Part shown: in pieces, positions 1 to 10,146 of the stretch
How the letters are laid out: each line of letters begins with the position of its first letter
How positions within the stretch are numbered: position 1 is the first letter of the stretch
From: Deltaproteobacteria bacterium
GTDB lineage: Bacteria > Desulfobacterota > GWC2-55-46
Length of the DNA: 64,000 nt
Assembly: GCA_016234935.1 (NCBI GenBank)
Contig: JACRNL010000011.1
Span: 129,472 to 193,471, forward strand
Direction of reading: 5' to 3'
Made by a program: the position numbers and the translations under genes
Notes under the pieces: model-generated
What the model was told of the DNA's origin: nothing
What the model saw: only the letters and a program-made list of their open reading frames with translations
Database searches by the model: none

Positions 1-8
1 ATGTCGCC

Positions 9-3000
9 ATGGACCCTGCCGGCGCAAGCAGGTATGTCTCCATAGCCGGCGCCGTCTTCATAATCCCTTTCGTCCTGTTTTCGGGCTACGCAGGTTATCT
101 TGCCGACGTCATCAACAAGCGCTCCGTCCTTATCGCCGCCAAGAGCTTTGAGATAATCGCGGTGACGTGGGGGCTCTTTTCGTTCTTCACGGGCCGCATA
201 GAGCTCATGTTCATGGGCCTTTTCCTCATGGCCTCTCATTCGGCGTTTTTCTCCCCCGCGAAGTACGGCATACTGCCGGAGATCATGCCGCCGGAAGACC
301 TGTCGAGCGCCAACGGTCTTCTGGAAATGAGCACCTTCCTCGCGATAGTCCTGGGAACCGCGATAGGAAGCGTCATGTATTCCTTCTGGAAGGACGACCT
401 TGAAATTATCGGCGGCATCCTCGTCGTAATCGCGGTCGCGGGGACGATGCTGAGCTTTGGCATCCCGCGCGTGCCCGCATCGGGCTCCGTTAAGAAGTTC
501 ACGTTCAATCCGCTTTCGGAGATAATCGCGGGTGTAAAAATACTCTTTAAAAAACGCCAGCTCCTTCTGGCCGTCGGCAGCATAACCTTTTTCTGGTTCC
601 TTGGGACTCTCCTTCAGATGCTCCTCCTCCTGCTCGGCAAGGAAGTGATGCATTTGAGCGACATGATGATAGGCGTCATCGTGACCTTCCTCGCCATAGG
701 CATTGGTTCGGGGGCGGTGATCGCCGGCAGGCTTTCCGGAGACAAGATCGAGCTTGGTCTTTCTCCCCTTGGCGCCATAGGCATGGGGGTATGCGCCATG
801 CTCCTTGCCTACTCGACCTTTTCCTTTGTCCTCACCAGCATAGTCCTTACGCTGCTCGGCTTTTTTGGAGGGATATTCGTCGTGCCCCTTAATGCCATAC
901 TCCAGCATAAAAGCGGCAAGGAGGAAAAGGGCAGGGTAATCGCCACGAATAACTTTATAAACACCGGCGGCATCCTTGGGGCTTCGGCCGTTCTGTGGCT
1001 CACAAGGGACATAATGAACGTGCCCGTGGAAAAGATAATTTTCATCTTCGGCGGCTGCGCGATACTGCTGGCCGTCTTTTTGATAGCGGTCCTGCCGCAG
1101 TATCTTGTCCGCTTCACGTTCTGGTTTTTGGCGCATACGGTATATAAGATACGCATCGAGGGCAGGAATAACGTCCCTGTGTGCGGGCCGGCCCTGATAG
1201 TGTCCAACCACATCTCCTTTATTGACTGGCTCTTTATCAGCGCGTGCGTCCAGCGCTTCATCAGATTTATGATTCACAGCCGGTATTATGAGATGAAGTT
1301 CCTTAAATCGGGGCTGCGCCTCATGAAGGTCATCCCCGTGCCGGATGCGGGGAGGAAAGAGCTGTTCGAGTCCATAAAAATGGCGCGCGAGGAGTTGAAG
1401 GCAGGCCACGTCGTGTGCATCTTCGCCGAGGGTATGCTGTCGCGGACGGGTAATCTCCTGCCATTCAAGAAGGGCATCGAGAGGATAGCGGGCGGCCTTG
1501 ATGTGCCGATAGTGCCGGTGCATCTTGACAGGGTCTGGGGGTCGGTATTTTCTTTTAAAAAGGGCAGGTTTTTCTGGAAGATGCCGGAGCGCGCAAGGCG
1601 CTCGGTAACGGTAAGCTTCGGCGCGCCGCTGCCTTCCACCGCCGCGTCCGAGGATGTTAGGCACGCCATTATGGAGCTCGGCGCCGGAGCGATAGCCCAC
1701 CGCATAGATTCGGGCGAAACGCTCCACACAAGGTTCATAAAGACCGCAAGGAGGCGGTGGTTTTCCCCTTGCGTGGCGGATTCGGGCGGGGCGGAGCTTG
1801 CCTTTGGCGCGGCGCTTACCGCGGCGATGCTCCTTTCAGACTGGCTTGAAAAGGAGAAAGGCCCTGAAAAGTTCATCGGCATAATGCTCCCGGCCTCTGC
1901 GGGCGCGGTGGTCGCCAATGCCGGAGCAATGCTTGCCGGAAAGACGGTCGTGAATCTGAACTTCACGGCGGGGCATTCCTCCATTCAATCGGCCGTAAGG
2001 CTCTGCGGCATAAAGACCGTCATCACTTCGCGCCAATTCCTTTCAAAGGCCCGATTTTTTTCTAAAACTGAGCCGGGCGGGTTGGAAGGCATGGTTTTCC
2101 TTGAGGACATTGCCGAAGGCTTCGGCGCGCTTAAAAAGGCCGTTAAATATATTTCGGCCATAGCCATTCCTTCCTTCCTGCTTGCGCGGATGTACGGCCG
2201 CGGCACGGACGCGTCAAGCCTTGCGACGGTGATATTCACAAGCGGGTCGACCGGAGAGCCAAAAGGGGTGATGCTCTCGCACAGGAACATCCTTGCCAAC
2301 ACCGAGGGTTTCTCGCAGGTATTCCACAAATTGGGCAGGAAAGACGTCCTTATGGGCGTCCTGCCGTTTTTTCACGCGTTCGGGTTTGCGGGGACGCTGT
2401 GGTTCCCGCTCTTGAACGGTTTTAAGGCTGTCTACCATTCAAACCCGATGGACGCCAAGACCGTCGGGGAGATGGTCAAAAAGCACGGGGCTACGGCGCT
2501 TATCGCCACGCCGGCCTTCTATTCGGCATATGTCAGGAACTGCTCCAGAGAGGAGTTTTCCACCGTAAGGATAGCCATCTCAGGGGCGGAGAAGCTGAGG
2601 GACGGCGCGGCAAACGCATTTAAAGAGAAGTTCGGTCTTGAGCTTTTGGAGGGTTACGGATGCACCGAGCTTTCCCCCGTAGTGGCGGTCAACGTCCCGG
2701 ATGTCGTGCACGGGAAGATAACGCAAACGGGCCGGAGGCACGGCACCGTGGGCCAGCCGATACCGGGCGTGGCCGTGAAGATAGTCCACGCCCAGAGCAG
2801 GGAGAGGCTTTACGCCGGAGCGGAAGGCATCCTTTTTGTGAAAGGCCATTCGGTGACGAATGGCTACTTAAGCGACCATCTGGCGACAGGAGAGATGCTG
2901 GAGGGCGGCTGGTATAATACAGGGGACATCGCGTCAATGGACGAGGACGGCTTCCTCCGCATAGTTGACAGGGTATCGAGGTTTTCAAAGGTCGCAGGGG

Positions 3001-3311
3001 AAATGGTCCCGCATATAAGGATCGAGCAGGCCATACTCGACGCGGGCGGAGGGGGGGCGGCGGTCACCGCCGTTCCGGACGGCTCGCGGGGAGAGCGCAT
3101 CGTGGCCTTTTACACGGCTAATGACGTGACAGAGGGCGACCTCCGTGCGCGGCTTTTAAAGACGGATATGCCGAGGCTCTGGATACCGAAAAAAGAGAAC
3201 ATTCATTTTACCCGGGAGATACCGGTTGCCGCGTCGGGCAAGGCCGATATGAAGAGGATAAAGGCTATGGCGCTCGCGCTCCAAGATAAGAGCGAGCCTG
3301 AATACGGATAA
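9..3311 (+). CDS. aas: Aas-like trifunctional MFS (LplT-like) / acyltransferase / acyl-ACP synthetase; probably 5'-truncated by the window edge
   Basis: N-terminal multi-TM MFS region (SAFFSPAKYGILPE), PlsC motif NHISFID and FAEG, AMP-binding motif IFTSGSTGEPKG and EGYGCTE. The frame is open upstream of ATG 9 to the window start. Confidence 0.9.
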   Translation: MDPAGASRYVSIAGAVFIIPFVLFSGYAGYLADVINKRSVLIAAKSFEIIAVTWGLFSFFTGRIELMFMGLFLMASHSAFFSPAKYGILPEIMPPEDLSSANGLLEMSTFLAIVLGTAIGSVMYSFWKDDLEIIGGILVVIAVAGTMLSFGIPRVPASGSVKKFTFNPLSEIIAGVKILFKKRQLLLAVGSITFFWFLGTLLQMLLLLLGKEVMHLSDMMIGVIVTFLAIGIGSGAVIAGRLSGDKIELGLSPLGAIGMGVCAMLLAYSTFSFVLTSIVLTLLGFFGGIFVVPLNAILQHKSGKEEKGRVIATNNFINTGGILGASAVLWLTRDIMNVPVEKIIFIFGGCAILLAVFLIAVLPQYLVRFTFWFLAHTVYKIRIEGRNNVPVCGPALIVSNHISFIDWLFISACVQRFIRFMIHSRYYEMKFLKSGLRLMKVIPVPDAGRKELFESIKMAREELKAGHVVCIFAEGMLSRTGNLLPFKKGIERIAGGLDVPIVPVHLDRVWGSVFSFKKGRFFWKMPERARRSVTVSFGAPLPSTAASEDVRHAIMELGAGAIAHRIDSGETLHTRFIKTARRRWFSPCVADSGGAELAFGAALTAAMLLSDWLEKEKGPEKFIGIMLPASAGAVVANAGAMLAGKTVVNLNFTAGHSSIQSAVRLCGIKTVITSRQFLSKARFFSKTEPGGLEGMVFLEDIAEGFGALKKAVKYISAIAIPSFLLARMYGRGTDASSLATVIFTSGSTGEPKGVMLSHRNILANTEGFSQVFHKLGRKDVLMGVLPFFHAFGFAGTLWFPLLNGFKAVYHSNPMDAKTVGEMVKKHGATALIATPAFYSAYVRNCSREEFSTVRIAISGAEKLRDGAANAFKEKFGLELLEGYGCTELSPVVAVNVPDVVHGKITQTGRRHGTVGQPIPGVAVKIVHAQSRERLYAGAEGILFVKGHSVTNGYLSDHLATGEMLEGGWYNTGDIASMDEDGFLRIVDRVSRFSKVAGEMVPHIRIEQAILDAGGGGAAVTAVPDGSRGERIVAFYTANDVTEGDLRARLLKTDMPRLWIPKKENIHFTREIPVAASGKADMKRIKAMALALQDKSEPEYG

Positions 3312-3313
3312 AA

Positions 3314-4267
3314 ATGTCAATAATTCACGTCAACGGCCTTGTCAAGAAGTATAACGGCGCGCCGGCGGTTTCCGGCGTATCTTTTGATGTTGAAGAGGGC
3401 GAGATATTCGGCTTTCTCGGCCCCAACGGCGCGGGCAAGACCACCACGATAAGCATCCTGTGCACGCTGCTCGGCTTTGATTCCGGCGAGGCCGTTGTCA
3501 ACGGATTTGACTGCCGCAGGGATCCGCAGAAGGTGCGCTCTTCCATCGGACTCGTCTTTCAGGAGTATACCTTGGACAACGAACTCACCGCGTACGAGAA
3601 CCTCAAGTTCCACTGCTACCTTTATAATATGGAAAAAAGGCTCATGAACGAGCGCATAGACGAGATACTCGGCGTCGTGGGCCTTGCCGGCAGAAGAAAC
3701 GAACTTGTCAAGAGGTTCTCCGGCGGCATGAAAAGGAGGCTTGAGATAGCAAGGGGGCTGCTGCACAGGCCCAAGGTGCTATTTCTCGACGAGCCTACTC
3801 TGGGGCTCGACCCGCAGACGAGAAGCCACGCATGGGAGTTCATAAAAAAGCTGAAGAAGTCGGAAGGCAATACGGTCTTCATGACCACGCACTACATGGA
3901 CGAGGCCGAGATATGCTCAAGGATTGCGATAATAGACAACGGCAGGATAATCGCCTGCGCCACGCCGGAGGAGTTGAAGAGGTCGTTAAAGGGCGACACC
4001 ATCTACGTGAAGACGACGGATGACGAAAAGGCCCGTAAGGAGCTGGAATCAAAGCTCGGCCTGACGTGTAAAAAGATAGAGAGCGGCCTTGCCGTCAGCG
4101 TCGAGGCAGGGGAGAAGTTTATACCTAGGATATTCGAAGCCCTCAAGACGCCGATAGTTTCCGTCAACCTCAAGAGGCCGAGCCTTGAAGACGTATTCAT
4201 AAACCTCACCGGCAGGGAGATAAGGGACTACCCCGGCGCGCCGGGCCGCCGCGGCATACGGGGCTGA
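3314..4267 (+). CDS. ABC exporter ATP-binding protein, DrrA family
   Basis: Walker A GPNGAGKTT, signature FSGGMKRR, Walker B LFLDEP, TTHYMDEA, C-terminal PSLEDVF. Confidence 0.93.
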   Translation: MSIIHVNGLVKKYNGAPAVSGVSFDVEEGEIFGFLGPNGAGKTTTISILCTLLGFDSGEAVVNGFDCRRDPQKVRSSIGLVFQEYTLDNELTAYENLKFHCYLYNMEKRLMNERIDEILGVVGLAGRRNELVKRFSGGMKRRLEIARGLLHRPKVLFLDEPTLGLDPQTRSHAWEFIKKLKKSEGNTVFMTTHYMDEAEICSRIAIIDNGRIIACATPEELKRSLKGDTIYVKTTDDEKARKELESKLGLTCKKIESGLAVSVEAGEKFIPRIFEALKTPIVSVNLKRPSLEDVFINLTGREIRDYPGAPGRRGIRG

Positions 4268-4324
4268 TTCAGGCAATCAGGTTTTTTGAAAAATTTTATA
4301 TGCCGTCATTAAAAGGATTTAAGG

Positions 4325-5089
4325 ATGTTTTCCTACAGGGCGATATACGTGATCGTTTTGCGCGAGTTCACGAGGTTTTTCCGGCAAAGGAGCCGCCTTG
4401 TCGTCACCATGGCAAGGCCGCTCATATGGCTGCTTATCGTCGGTTCCGGCTTTACCAAGCTCATTGACGACGGTTCCGGCGTTCACTACATCCAGTTCAT
4501 CCTGCCCGGCATTGTCGGCATGACGATACTTTTCAGCGCCATCTTCTCAACTATCTCCGTGGTGTGGGACAGGGAGTTCGGGTTTTTAAGGGAGATGCTG
4601 GTCGCTCCGGTGCCGAGGGTGACGATAGTCTTCGGGAAACTAATCTCCGGCACGGCCCTGTCGGTCTTTCAGGGCGCGGCGCTCCTCGTGGTAGCCCCGT
4701 TCATAGGGCTTAGCCTCGGGTTTTACGATTTTCTGGCCATGCTGCTGCTCATGGCGCTCGCGGCCTTTGCCATAACGTCCCTCGGGCTGCTGGTGGCGTC
4801 GTTTCTTACGTCCCTTGAGGGCTTTAACGTTATAATGAACTTCATTATCCTTCCGATGTTTTTTTTAAGCGGCGCGCTCTATCCGCTCAGCGTGCTGCCG
4901 TTTTACATAAGGGTCTTTAGCTACATAAACCCGCTCAGCTACGGCGTGGATTCCTTCAAGCACATACTTCTTCCGGGCACGGGCAGGCTTAGCGCGGAGT
5001 TTCCGCTGTATCTGGATATAATATTCGTATCTGTCTTTTCCGTGATTATGACATTTTCATCCGCGCTCGCATTCGAGCGCCGCAAATAG
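4325..5089 (+). CDS. ABC-2 type permease (DrrB-like)
   Basis: About six hydrophobic segments, DREFGFLREMLVAP motif, INPLSYGVD; adjacent to the ATPase. Confidence 0.92.
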   Translation: MFSYRAIYVIVLREFTRFFRQRSRLVVTMARPLIWLLIVGSGFTKLIDDGSGVHYIQFILPGIVGMTILFSAIFSTISVVWDREFGFLREMLVAPVPRVTIVFGKLISGTALSVFQGAALLVVAPFIGLSLGFYDFLAMLLLMALAAFAITSLGLLVASFLTSLEGFNVIMNFIILPMFFLSGALYPLSVLPFYIRVFSYINPLSYGVDSFKHILLPGTGRLSAEFPLYLDIIFVSVFSVIMTFSSALAFERRK

Positions 5090-5098
5090 GCTATTGAG

Positions 5099-5947
5099 AT
5101 GCAGGGAACGCTTTATATAGTCGCAACCCCGATTGGCAACATGGAAGACATGACGATTCGCGCCATAGGCGTCCTTAAAAAGGCCGGTATCGTCGCCGCC
5201 GAGGACACGAGGCATACGAGGAAGCTCCTGGCGCACTTCGGCATAAACACACCGCTTGAAAGCTACCACGAGCATAATGAAAAGGAAAAGTCCGCTTATC
5301 TTGTGGAAAGGCTTAAGGGCGGCGTTGACGTCGCCCTTGTTTCCGACGCGGGCACGCCGGGCATTTCAGACCCCGGTTACAGGCTCATAAGGCTTGCCGC
5401 GGAAAGCTCCGTCCCCGTGGTGTCGGTGCCCGGCCCGTCGGCCATTGTGGCGGCCATCAGCATTTCCGGCCTGCCGATTAGCGAGTTCACGTTCAAGGGG
5501 TTCCTGCCGCATGGCGCGGGCGCGAGGAAAAAGTTTATTCTGGAGCTTAAGGACAGCCCGGGCACTTACGTCATGTATGAATCTCCAAGGAGGCTCCGTG
5601 CCACGCTTGAGTCCGTCCTTGAAAATATCGGCGACGTCCCCGTTGTCGTAGCGCGCGAGATGACAAAGCTCCATGAGGAGGTCATGCGCGGGAGCGCGCG
5701 AGAGGTGCTGGAGCGCGTAAAAGACAGGGAGCTAAAGGGCGAGATAACGCTCATCGTGCGCGTCGAAAAAGATGGGAGAGAGGCGGGCCGGGCGGTGGAT
5801 CCAAGGGAAAGGATAAAGGAGCTTCTTCGGGGGGGCATGCGCCTTAAGGAGGCGGTCATGGCCGTTGCGCTTGAGACCGGGCGGCCCAGGGGCGAACTAT
5901 ACAAAGAGGCGTTGAGGGTAAAGGCGGAATCAGAGGGGTCAAACTGA
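5099..5947 (+). CDS. rsmI: 16S rRNA (cytidine1402-2'-O)-methyltransferase
   Basis: LYIVATPIGN, AAEDTR, VSDAGTPGISDPG, YESPRR, AREMTKLHEE motifs. Confidence 0.96.
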   Translation: MQGTLYIVATPIGNMEDMTIRAIGVLKKAGIVAAEDTRHTRKLLAHFGINTPLESYHEHNEKEKSAYLVERLKGGVDVALVSDAGTPGISDPGYRLIRLAAESSVPVVSVPGPSAIVAAISISGLPISEFTFKGFLPHGAGARKKFILELKDSPGTYVMYESPRRLRATLESVLENIGDVPVVVAREMTKLHEEVMRGSAREVLERVKDRELKGEITLIVRVEKDGREAGRAVDPRERIKELLRGGMRLKEAVMAVALETGRPRGELYKEALRVKAESEGSN

Positions 5948-6030
5948 CAGGCTGCCTGAGACGGGATACGCGAGTGTCTTTCAGCAAACTAAACCGGTGT
6001 GGTTGCACCTGTGCACGAACCTGCAGCGGC

Positions 6031-6180
6031 ATTAAAGTTTTTTGGCCGCCTGCGGCGGAGCAAAGTTAAATGGTTGTATTTTGACTTTAGCCGTGCGCAG
6101 CACCTGCGGTGAGCAAAGTTTAAGGTGTATCATTTCAAACTTTAGCGTGCGCAGCACCTTTTTTGAAAAAAGATAAGCGG
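6031..6180 (+). repeat. Composite palindromic dispersed repeat (family A), copy 1
   Basis: ATTAAAGTTTTTTGGCCGCCTGCGGCGG...GCACCTGCGGTGAGCAAAG...CTTTAGC(C)GTGCGCAGCACC...AAAAAAGATAAGCGG; matches the reverse complement of 44158-44293. Confidence 0.85.
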
Positions 6181-6189
6181 AGGGAGGAT

Positions 6190-6411
6190 ATGATCAAGAT
6201 ATTTTTGGGCATACTGCTCGGCATTATCGTTCTTACCGGATTTGTCTACTTCGGAGGGGCGAAGTATCTTAAGTCGCTGGGCACAAAGACCGAGGCGGCG
6301 GGGGAAAAGCTCGAAAAGGTGGAAAAGCAGCTGAAGGAGTCAACGAAGGACGTTAAAAAGTCGGTGGACATGACCGCTGAAAAGATGAAAAAGTACGTGC
6401 CGGGGAATTAG
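6190..6411 (+). CDS. Small membrane-anchored coiled-coil protein (hypothetical)
   Basis: GGAGG RBS just upstream of ATG 6190; one N-terminal TM helix followed by a K/E-rich helix. Confidence 0.75.
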   Translation: MIKIFLGILLGIIVLTGFVYFGGAKYLKSLGTKTEAAGEKLEKVEKQLKESTKDVKKSVDMTAEKMKKYVPGN

Positions 6412-6420
6412 AAGGGCGCC

Positions 6421-7122
6421 TTACGGCAGCAGATCGTTTAGTTTTTGGAGCTGGAACGGGAAGGATAACGCATAAGGCTTCGTGTGGATATACAGGTCCG
6501 TTATCACAAGGTCGGCGGTTGTGAAATCTTTTGAGAGCGGGGGAAAGATAAGGAACTTCGAGGCAGTTTGCGAGGATTTTATTGTCTGCGTGTTGTCGTA
6601 GATGACCGATGAGAGCGCGCCAAGCTGCGCCTGCGCGCCGACGCTTTCCTTCACGAAGTCGTAGAAATCGGTGTAGTCAAGCGGCTTTTTGTAGTCGAGC
6701 GAATTCGTCGTAAGGGATGTGAGCGCGGGGTTAAAGGTTATATTTATTCTGTTTGAGAGGTTTTTTATGTCTAACTTCAAGAATATATAGCCCTTGGCAG
6801 CGAGTTCGTCTACTACGTCTATATATGTCGGCTCAATATTGTCCTGCGTGACGTGGCGTACCGTTATAACGACTTCCGCGTTTGTAAAGCTCCAGAAGCG
6901 GCCGTGGGGCTTGTAGCCCATCTTTTGCATCTCAGCGGTTTTTTCGCCCAGGATCGGGTAAAGCGCGGTAGACGCTTTTGGTGTCGCCGCGCATCCCGCG
7001 AGGATGATCATGAGGAGCGCCAGAAAAATCGGGCCCGCCGGGGAAGAGGGGAAGCCTTTAAGCCGATTTTTTAAAAAATATGCCATTTCAAGCCCGTACT
7101 CCACCGCCGGTGATTTAATCAC
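6421..7122 (-). CDS. Hypothetical lipoprotein
   Basis: 233-aa ORF filling the gap; hydrophobic stretch ending in lipobox LAGC. Start codon uncertain. Confidence 0.7.
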   Translation of the reverse strand: MIKSPAVEYGLEMAYFLKNRLKGFPSSPAGPIFLALLMIILAGCAATPKASTALYPILGEKTAEMQKMGYKPHGRFWSFTNAEVVITVRHVTQDNIEPTYIDVVDELAAKGYIFLKLDIKNLSNRINITFNPALTSLTTNSLDYKKPLDYTDFYDFVKESVGAQAQLGALSSVIYDNTQTIKSSQTASKFLIFPPLSKDFTTADLVITDLYIHTKPYALSFPFQLQKLNDLLP

Positions 7123-7169
7123 TTTCGCTTCGCGAGGCCTTTATAATGTTCCTGATATGAGGACGCGGC

Positions 7170-7463
7170 TTAATAGCTATTGTAACGGGTCAGGGCCGTA
7201 AAGTCGTCGAACTCATTTCTGTATTCTTCCCATGTCACGGTTACCTTTTCCACCCGCGCAATTTCAGGGCCTATCCTGCACCATTGGATGAGCTTGTTTA
7301 CTTTTTCCTCGTCGCCCTCGATGACCGCCTCGACCGCTCCGTCGGGCCTGTTCTTGACAAAGCCGTAGACGCCGATTCTCCTGGCGGCCTCGACCGTATT
7401 CGCCCTGTAAAAAACACCCTGCACGAGACCTTCGATGATAAGGTGCGCCCGTACCGGTTTCAT
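7170..7463 (-). CDS. acyP: Acylphosphatase
   Basis: GLVQGVFYR and GFVKNRPDGAVE signatures; start moved to MKPVRAH (ATG at 7463). Confidence 0.92.
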   Translation of the reverse strand: MKPVRAHLIIEGLVQGVFYRANTVEAARRIGVYGFVKNRPDGAVEAVIEGDEEKVNKLIQWCRIGPEIARVEKVTVTWEEYRNEFDDFTALTRYNSY

Positions 7464-7555
7464 AGTGGAGAGACTAACATAAAATTCCATCGTTTGCAAT
7501 ATGCGCGGAGAGGTATTTATGTTATTATTGCCGGTGTAATAATGCGGGCATATCA

Positions 7556-8893
7556 ATGAACTCCTCGGGAAAGCGTCCTTCAAATTCAATCACAATAATC
7601 GGCGGCGGACTTGCCGGAAGCGAGGCGGCGTATCAGGCCGCGAGAAGCGGGCTTCGCGTGGCAATCCGCGAGATGAAGCCAATGCGTTTTTCACCAGCGC
7701 ATTCGATGGACGGCCTTGCCGAGCTTGTGTGCAGCAATTCGCTCAAGGCCGTTGACCTCGCGAGCGCATCCGGCATCCTTAAGGATGAGATGGCAAGGCT
7801 CGGCTCCATAATCATCACGGCCGCGTATGAGACGAGGGTTGCCGCCGGCGGCACCCTCGCCGTTGACCGGGGCGCTTTTTCAGAATTCGTCACGCAGGCC
7901 CTTTTAAAGGCCGGGGTCGAGATAACAAGGGAAGAGGCTGTGAATATCACGGATGAGCCTTCCTCCGGCCCTCTTGTAATCGCCACGGGGCCGCTTACCT
8001 CCGACGCCTTTGCCCCGGCAATAAGTTCCATTGTCGGCGCCCGGAGCTGTTATTTCTACGACGCGGTCGCCCCCATAGTCTACAGGGATTCGATAAACAT
8101 GGACAGGGCCTTTTACGCGTCGCGTTACGGCAAGGGCGGCAATGATTACATAAACTGTCCGCTTGACAAAGACGAGTATGAGCGGTTCGTTGCGGAGCTT
8201 TTAAGCGCCGACAGGCCGTCTGCCCGCGCCTTTGAAGACTTGCCGCTTTTTGCCGGCTGTATGCCGATTGAGGCGATGGCCCAAAGGGGGCCGATGACGT
8301 TGATGTTCGGCCCTATGAAGCCGGTGGGTCTTGTCGACCCGCGCACCGGCACGCGTCCCTGCGCCGCAGTTCAGCTGCGGAGCGAGAACAGAGACGGAAC
8401 GCTTTATAATATCGTGGGTTTTCAGACGCGCCTCGGCTTTAAGGATCAGCAAAGGGTATTCAGGCTCATTCCGGGACTTGAGAACGCGGAGTTCGCAAGG
8501 CTCGGCAAGATGCACAGGAACACCTACATTGATTCGCCGCGGCTGTTAATGAATACGCAGCAACTCAGGTCAAATCCCCGTATCTTTTTCGCCGGACAGA
8601 TAACCGGCGTGGAGGGCTACTGCGAATCGGCGGTATCGGGTATTATGGCCGGCATAAACGCGGCGCGTCTGGCAAAGGGGCTGCCTCTTGTCTGTCCGCC
8701 GTCCACGACGGTTACCGGCGCGCTGCTCCGGCATATAAGCTCGTGCGAAGGGCCTTTTCAGCCCATGAACGCGAATCTCGGCCTTCTGCCGCCGCTTGAA
8801 AGGGTGATAAGGCGCAAAGCTGACAGAAAAGCGGCCCTTGCCCAAAGGGCGCTTGAGGATTTTAATGTGTGGATGAAGACAAACGGCATATGA
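7556..8893 (+). CDS. trmFO: Folate/FAD-dependent tRNA (uracil54-C5)-methyltransferase
   Basis: GGGLAGSEAA FAD motif, ELVCSNS, GCMPIE, GPMKPVGL, HRNTY, AGQITGVEGY, FQPMNAN. Confidence 0.96.
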   Translation: MNSSGKRPSNSITIIGGGLAGSEAAYQAARSGLRVAIREMKPMRFSPAHSMDGLAELVCSNSLKAVDLASASGILKDEMARLGSIIITAAYETRVAAGGTLAVDRGAFSEFVTQALLKAGVEITREEAVNITDEPSSGPLVIATGPLTSDAFAPAISSIVGARSCYFYDAVAPIVYRDSINMDRAFYASRYGKGGNDYINCPLDKDEYERFVAELLSADRPSARAFEDLPLFAGCMPIEAMAQRGPMTLMFGPMKPVGLVDPRTGTRPCAAVQLRSENRDGTLYNIVGFQTRLGFKDQQRVFRLIPGLENAEFARLGKMHRNTYIDSPRLLMNTQQLRSNPRIFFAGQITGVEGYCESAVSGIMAGINAARLAKGLPLVCPPSTTVTGALLRHISSCEGPFQPMNANLGLLPPLERVIRRKADRKAALAQRALEDFNVWMKTNGI

Positions 8894-9102
8894 CCGCGCC
8901 CCTGCAAGATTTCTTTGTTTTTCTGCGCTTTTTTGTAGTAGAATATTCAGGTTTATCGCTGAGGAAGGCGCCTGCGGATGTAAAAAGCGGCATGTTGCCT
9001 TTTAGAAGGTGATTGTTTGTAATGTGTGCGTGGCATTTATACTTTCATATGCGTTGCAGGCCGCGATAGACCGGCGCATTATCTAAAAAATCAGGAGCGT
9101 TC

Positions 9103-10131
9103 ATGTTAAGCGGCAAGACCATACTCATAACCGGCGGCACAGGGTCATTCGGCAAGAAGATGGTAGAGGTTATTTTGGCGCGCTACCGGCCTGAAAAACT
9201 CATAATCTTCAGCAGGGATGAATTGAAGCAATATGATATGTCGCAGAAGTGGAGCGCTGAGAAGTATCCCTGCATGCGTTATTTTTTAGGCGACGTGCGC
9301 GACAAGGACAGGCTCGTGCGCGCCTTTCACGGCGTTGATTATATAATACACGCGGCGGCGTTGAAGCAGGTGCCGGCGGCTGAATATAACCCCGCGGAGT
9401 TCATCAAGACCAACGTCAACGGCGCGATGAACGTCATTGACGCGGCAATAGACAGGAACGTGAAGAAGGTCGTAGCCCTTTCAACGGACAAGGCCTGCAA
9501 CCCCGCGAACCTCTACGGCGCGACGAAGCTCTGCTCGGATAAGCTCTTCCTTGCGGCCAGCGTCTACGGCGGGCAGGACGGCACCGTTTTCTCGGTCGTG
9601 CGCTACGGGAACGTAGTCGGCAGCCGCGGCTCCGTCATCCCGTTTTTCACAAAGGAAGCGGCTAAAGGCGTGCTGCCGATAACCGACGTCAGGATGACAC
9701 GCTTCTGGATTACCCTCGATCAGGCCGCTGACTTCGTCCTTAAGGCCCTTGCGCTCTCAAAGGGGAGCGAGGTATTCGTGCCCAAGATACCTTCAATGAA
9801 GATAACCGACCTTGCAAAGGCCATCGCCCCTGAATGTGAACACAAGATCGTAGGCATACGCCCGGGCGAAAAGATACACGAGACCCTTGTCGCGGAAGAC
9901 GAGGGCAGGAATACGGTCGAGTACAGGGAATGCTTCGTTGTCAGGCACAATTTTCTGCCTGGCGACCAGAAAAACGGCAAAAGGTGCGTCGAGGGGTTCA
10001 AATACACATCAGACAACAACACGCTCCATATCGGCATCGAAGAGCTTCGCCTCGTGCTCGCGCGCATGTCCGCTGAAGAGGGCGTGGCGGCAGGTAATCA
10101 CTGGCGCATGGAAGATTTAGCCCGCGGGTAG
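9103..10131 (+). CDS. pseB: UDP-N-acetylglucosamine 4,6-dehydratase (inverting)
   Basis: TGGTGSFG, SRDELKQ, HAAALKQVPAAEYNP, STDKA, YGATK, RYGNVVGSRGSV, GIRPGEKIHE. Confidence 0.95.
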   Translation: MLSGKTILITGGTGSFGKKMVEVILARYRPEKLIIFSRDELKQYDMSQKWSAEKYPCMRYFLGDVRDKDRLVRAFHGVDYIIHAAALKQVPAAEYNPAEFIKTNVNGAMNVIDAAIDRNVKKVVALSTDKACNPANLYGATKLCSDKLFLAASVYGGQDGTVFSVVRYGNVVGSRGSVIPFFTKEAAKGVLPITDVRMTRFWITLDQAADFVLKALALSKGSEVFVPKIPSMKITDLAKAIAPECEHKIVGIRPGEKIHETLVAEDEGRNTVEYRECFVVRHNFLPGDQKNGKRCVEGFKYTSDNNTLHIGIEELRLVLARMSAEEGVAAGNHWRMEDLARG

Positions 10132-10146
10132 GTTTTTTTAAATCAA

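Noticed and set aside
6031..6180. Possible mini CRISPR array (about 34-bp repeats with about 20-nt inserts)
   Set aside because: Inserts are short and self-complementary with the flanks, repeats are degenerate, no cas genes are present, and a rearranged copy lies at 44158-44293. It fits a dispersed repeat better.
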